64,000 nt of DNA from a virus: positions 14,515 to 78,514 of the IMG/VR virus record IMGVR_UViG_3300041964_000068. One strand, given 5' to 3'. Positions within the stretch are counted from its first letter, which is position 1. Each line of letters begins with the position of its first letter. The notes beneath the pieces were generated by a model. The model did no database searches, was not told the DNA's origin, and saw only the letters and a program-made list of their open reading frames with translations. Shown piece by piece: positions 60,300 to 64,000 of this stretch. A program made the translations under genes and the position numbers.

Positions 60300-63200
60300 G
60301 ACGCTGAAGGGACGGCTTAAGAGACATGGGGGGAGAACTCACCCCGCCGCCCTACCCGCCCCCATTGCCCCCCCCGCCCCTGGCCTGCCTCCACCGCCGG
60401 CCCCGTGCCCAGCGCACCGGGACGCAGACCCCCTCGCCTCATTACCCCCTTCGCCGGCCCATCGGCCCCAAGTCCGCCGCTGGCACCCGGGCACTCCGGC
60501 CGCCCCCACCGCGACCCAATCCCCCCCCCACTAAGGGCGGTGCCTACAGCAAAGCACAGGAACAACCACACCATACAAAGACAGCGAAAACCGCAGCGCC
60601 AATACACGGCAGAACACACAGTCCAGCCGGTGACAAACGAACAAGACAAACACCAAAAAACCAGCCACGCAGCCAACAAGGGAAACCAGAGCATGACACA
60701 GAGACCCATTTTATAACCTGCAAACCCAAAACGCAGCACTTAGCACGGGGACCACAGTGCCGCCAACCACCGCGGAAAGCCGCAGCCACGGGCCGCATAA
60801 AGTCAGATGCCACGAGTGCCACAGTCACACACCCAATATAGGCACCCCTGGTTAAAGGAAGAAGGCCCACCCCCGAGCCCAAGCGACAGAAAGACCACGC
60901 CACCAGGGAGGACAATGAGGAGGAGCTCGCGGGAGAGACTAGCAGCCCGGACAGCGCCAGCACAGGGCAACCGCCAGGGGGCCGCGAGCTACCCACACCA
61001 CGGCAGAGCAACCGCCCACCGCCGCCGCGACCGGCCCGCTGATATGCAAGACGCAGCATCCAGCAAGCCGGCCACTATTGGGGCATCCAGCACGCTCCGC
61101 CCACCTCATCACAAACCACAGGAAGACACCCGGTAAGCAAACGTCCCCAGCCCCACAAATACGACGCCCCGATAAAAGACAGCCAACCCAACGCAGACAC
61201 ACACAAAAGAGGACGGAACCAGCAAGGAGGGGAACACCGTAACCAGCACCAACTGAGAGTGACAGAGGGAGAGCCAAAGTAACAGCAGTAACGACCGCAC
61301 GCCATCACCCAGGGGAGCCCGGACACCTAAGACAACATAACAAAGACGAAGGAGAGCGCAAACCCCCTCAACGACCACCGGTAGCAACAAGCAACGCACA
61401 GAGTAAAGAACAAACAGCCAACACCCAGCACAACACGTTACAGAATAAGCCACGGAGGGCAAAGCACTACAGCCAGCCCCCCATAGTCGAACCACCCGCA
61501 GAACATAGCCGCCCAAAGCGCACCCCCCGCCCTGCCCCAGTCCTCCCCTCCAGAGACTCTTTCCGCACACCCATTCCCACAACCCATCCCCCCGTCAGAG
61601 CACCCCGCCCGGGCCGGTCACCCCCCTCCCCTCTAACACAGCACCACTCCTCTCGCTAACAGCACTGGGAGCGCCAACACACACGCACAGCCCAAGAACC
61701 TAGACTAACAGTAGCGATCAGAAACACCACATGTGCGGAGATCGCTCACAGCACAATAGCAGAGAGCAAAGATCCCCCCAAACCAACCAGAAGCAGCAGC
61801 AGGGCAACACAGGTAGAGCAGTAGCACGCGGGTCATAGCACGTGGCCAACCATACATTCGATAACCGCAGACGAGACATAAGACGTAGAACAGCACGCCA
61901 AGCGCCCCCCAAGACCGCAGCCCCGCAGGGCCTGGCCAGTAGGCAACACAGCCAACCCCCGACAAGCCGAGCCCCCCAACAACTCACGACACACCAGCAC
62001 AGCTCCCCTCGCTCCTGCTAATCCAGTCAGGGAGCAGCAGGCCCGGGCCACTTACACAACACAGAGACTATACGCAGACAGCCGGAACCCCGCGGTGTGA
62101 AGTCATGCCCCCCCCGACCAACACCAGGAATAGAAGTCCGCCCCACAGCGAAACCAACAACAATAGGACCCACCACAAGACAGACCGCAGGGCAGTAGCA
62201 TCGCCGGACCCATGGCAAGAGCGAACAACAGTAGAGGACACAAACGCAACCAGCATGAAACCAGACAAAAAGAAAACACAACACCCCGCAGGAACAAACA
62301 AGACAACCTGAGTCAGCCACACACTACATTGATAACAATAGACACACAAACACATGGGAGACAGAACACGACGAATAAGCCTCAGCAACATCATAGCGGC
62401 AGCCAGCGAGAAACCAAACAAGCAGCAGCCCGACACCAGAACAACTACAGAAGGACAGGAAATGACCAGAACAAAATATATCCCACAGCACAAGCAAGAA
62501 ACGGGGAAGGATCAAATGACAAAAAGCGCCGGCCGCAGAAACAACTACACCTAAGCGACCATCATGACATATTCTCACCCCTTCCCACGACGGAGCACCC
62601 GCACTTACGGGTCAATAACCCCAAGCGGACAAAACATCAGGCCAAAGAAAACAACAACAGACCACACCAATAAGAAGATGAAAAAGTAAAACAGATCCAC
62701 CACAAGCCAGAGGCACCAGACAGTTTAAGACCCCCAAGCAACCAAGCAACAAAACAGCCGAATCCACCATAGCGAACACAGGGGACAAGAAACAAGCGCA
62801 GAGGGACAAGCATCATAGAGACGCCACAGACCCACGGAGAAAACAGGACCACGCCCCCCCCCCCTTGCCGGCCCCCCGTAACTACCTCCACCCGACCGCT
62901 CGCGGCACCGCGAGCCGGACTCCTCGCTCGGCCCGGCACCCCCAGAGCCCTCCTACGACCCCCAGCCACCCCTACGAGAACCACCACCCACGCCCCACAA
63001 AAGCAACCTGATGCCCGAGCCGAACCCGCACGAACAGCACCCCCCAACAAACGGATAACACGCACAGACAGAAACCCGCGGAAGCCACCACTATTCGAAA
63101 TCGCCACCGAAAGCCACGACAAATAACGAGAACAACCCACCACACTACTCCCCCCACCCCCCCCCGCACCCCCCCAGCAAGGGCACAGCGCCACCGACAG

Positions 63201-64000
63201 CAGCAGAGACACTAGGAGAGCGACACACAAACCCCGAGGCCAAGACACCTCCCGGATCCCCCCGCCCTAAGCCCCAACCGCTAACGCAAAATCAGCAGCA
63301 ACCCGCCACACACCGCCGCCCCGCAAGCCTAAGCCACCGGACAGGACCCTCTACACAACCAACACAAGTACGAAAAGCCAGAAAAACCAACCCGCACACG
63401 ATCCCAGCAGACGCCAGGAAAACCCACCCCAGCAAACCCCCAAGCACCGCCAACCCAGCCCCTCCACCGTCGGCCCACGCCGCAATAGTCAACGCTCCGC
63501 CCGGCCCCATCGCCCACCCTAGACGGGTTCTACAATCATCCCCGAGCACTACAACCCAACTACGCACAACCCCCACCCCGGGCCATGAGCCCCCCACCCG
63601 TCATCCCCATGGCAGACAACAGGACACGCCCCATCCAGACCGCACACCGCCCGACCCGGCCCCCGGCCAGCGCCAGCTCCGCCCCACCCCCTCCCCCGCC
63701 CGCCACGCCCGACGGCCAGGGACACCCCCGAGCTTCGGCCCCCCCCGCGCCAGGAGCTCGGGTCGGCCCCGGCCAGGCCTGGCCCGGCCCCGCGAACTCC
63801 GCGCTCCCATATCCGCGATGTCTCCCGGCCCACCCCGCACCTCGCAGGCGTATTGTTCCTACGCCCCCAGCGGCGCCTTCCGGCCTGCCTGCGCGAGTCC
63901 CCCGCCGGGCGCCCCCCGCCCGCTGCGACGTTCCCGACGACAACGGCTGACCCATCGCCTCCAGCCGCAACCTCGCGGCCAGCCCAAACAGGCAGCTAAA
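60300..64000. other. Low-quality / artefactual sequence (C/A-rich, T-depleted, long C runs)
   Basis: Abrupt composition change, loss of CGATCG, only low-complexity ORFs; preceded by rising error density. Confidence 0.85.

Larger units (their letters stand above)
1..60300. mobile_element. Temperate siphophage genome (lambda-like tail, large serine integrase), probably cyanobacterial host; no attL/attR junction seen
   Basis: Capsid, head-tail connectors, tail tube, chaperone, tape measure, M/L/K/I/J tail tip genes, DnaB, RusA and integrase are all present. Phage genes flank the integrase on both sides. Confidence 0.93.

Noticed and set aside
60300-64000. Cys/Val/Gly-rich and Pro/Thr/Gln-rich ORFs as novel proteins or a repeat/telomere region
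   Set aside because: They are by-products of extreme strand composition bias with no periodicity or RBS; consistent with failed basecalling.

Overview
Most of the genome of a temperate, lambda-like siphophage, probably infecting a cyanobacterium (XisF-like serine integrase, Ycf46/Ycf35/DUF2997 homologues, PatX-like peptide, abundant CGATCG). No host DNA is recognisable. Layout: small early/regulatory genes (1-6.6 kb); a + strand gpM-like/GH8-like tail protein (6.6-9.8 kb); the tail tip operon M-L-K-I-J plus fibre genes, carrying two free-standing HNH genes and a Hint domain in J (9.9-18.2 kb, - strand); replication genes (RusA, DnaB, initiator with internal iterons), integrase and a repressor-like gene (19-27 kb); a + strand accessory block (RNA ligase, DUF5131, Ycf46-type AAA, DUF1257, DUF2997, SAM-fold protein, PadR; 28.6-41 kb); and the head/tail/tape-measure module (41-60 kb, - strand). 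Many genes carry single-base frameshifts, often at homopolymers. The sequence degrades after about 59.1 kb and is uninterpretable (C/A-rich, T-poor) after about 60.3 kb, which points to an unpolished long read rather than pseudogenes. Main observations: a ~10 kb tape measure protein with two duplicated alpha/beta-hydrolase domains, a degenerate M23 domain and a lysozyme-like domain; a secreted PatX-like (PHRASGR) peptide; two PAS-like proteins each beside an HTH-like gene; a co-regulated Ycf46/Ycf35/DUF2997 module; a non-splicing Hint domain capping TipJ; a candidate antisense RNA over the rep-dnaB leader; two phage-wide cis motifs; a circularly permuted MazG-like protein; and apparent absence of the full HIP1 octamer. 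All family calls come from motif recognition by eye, not database searches.
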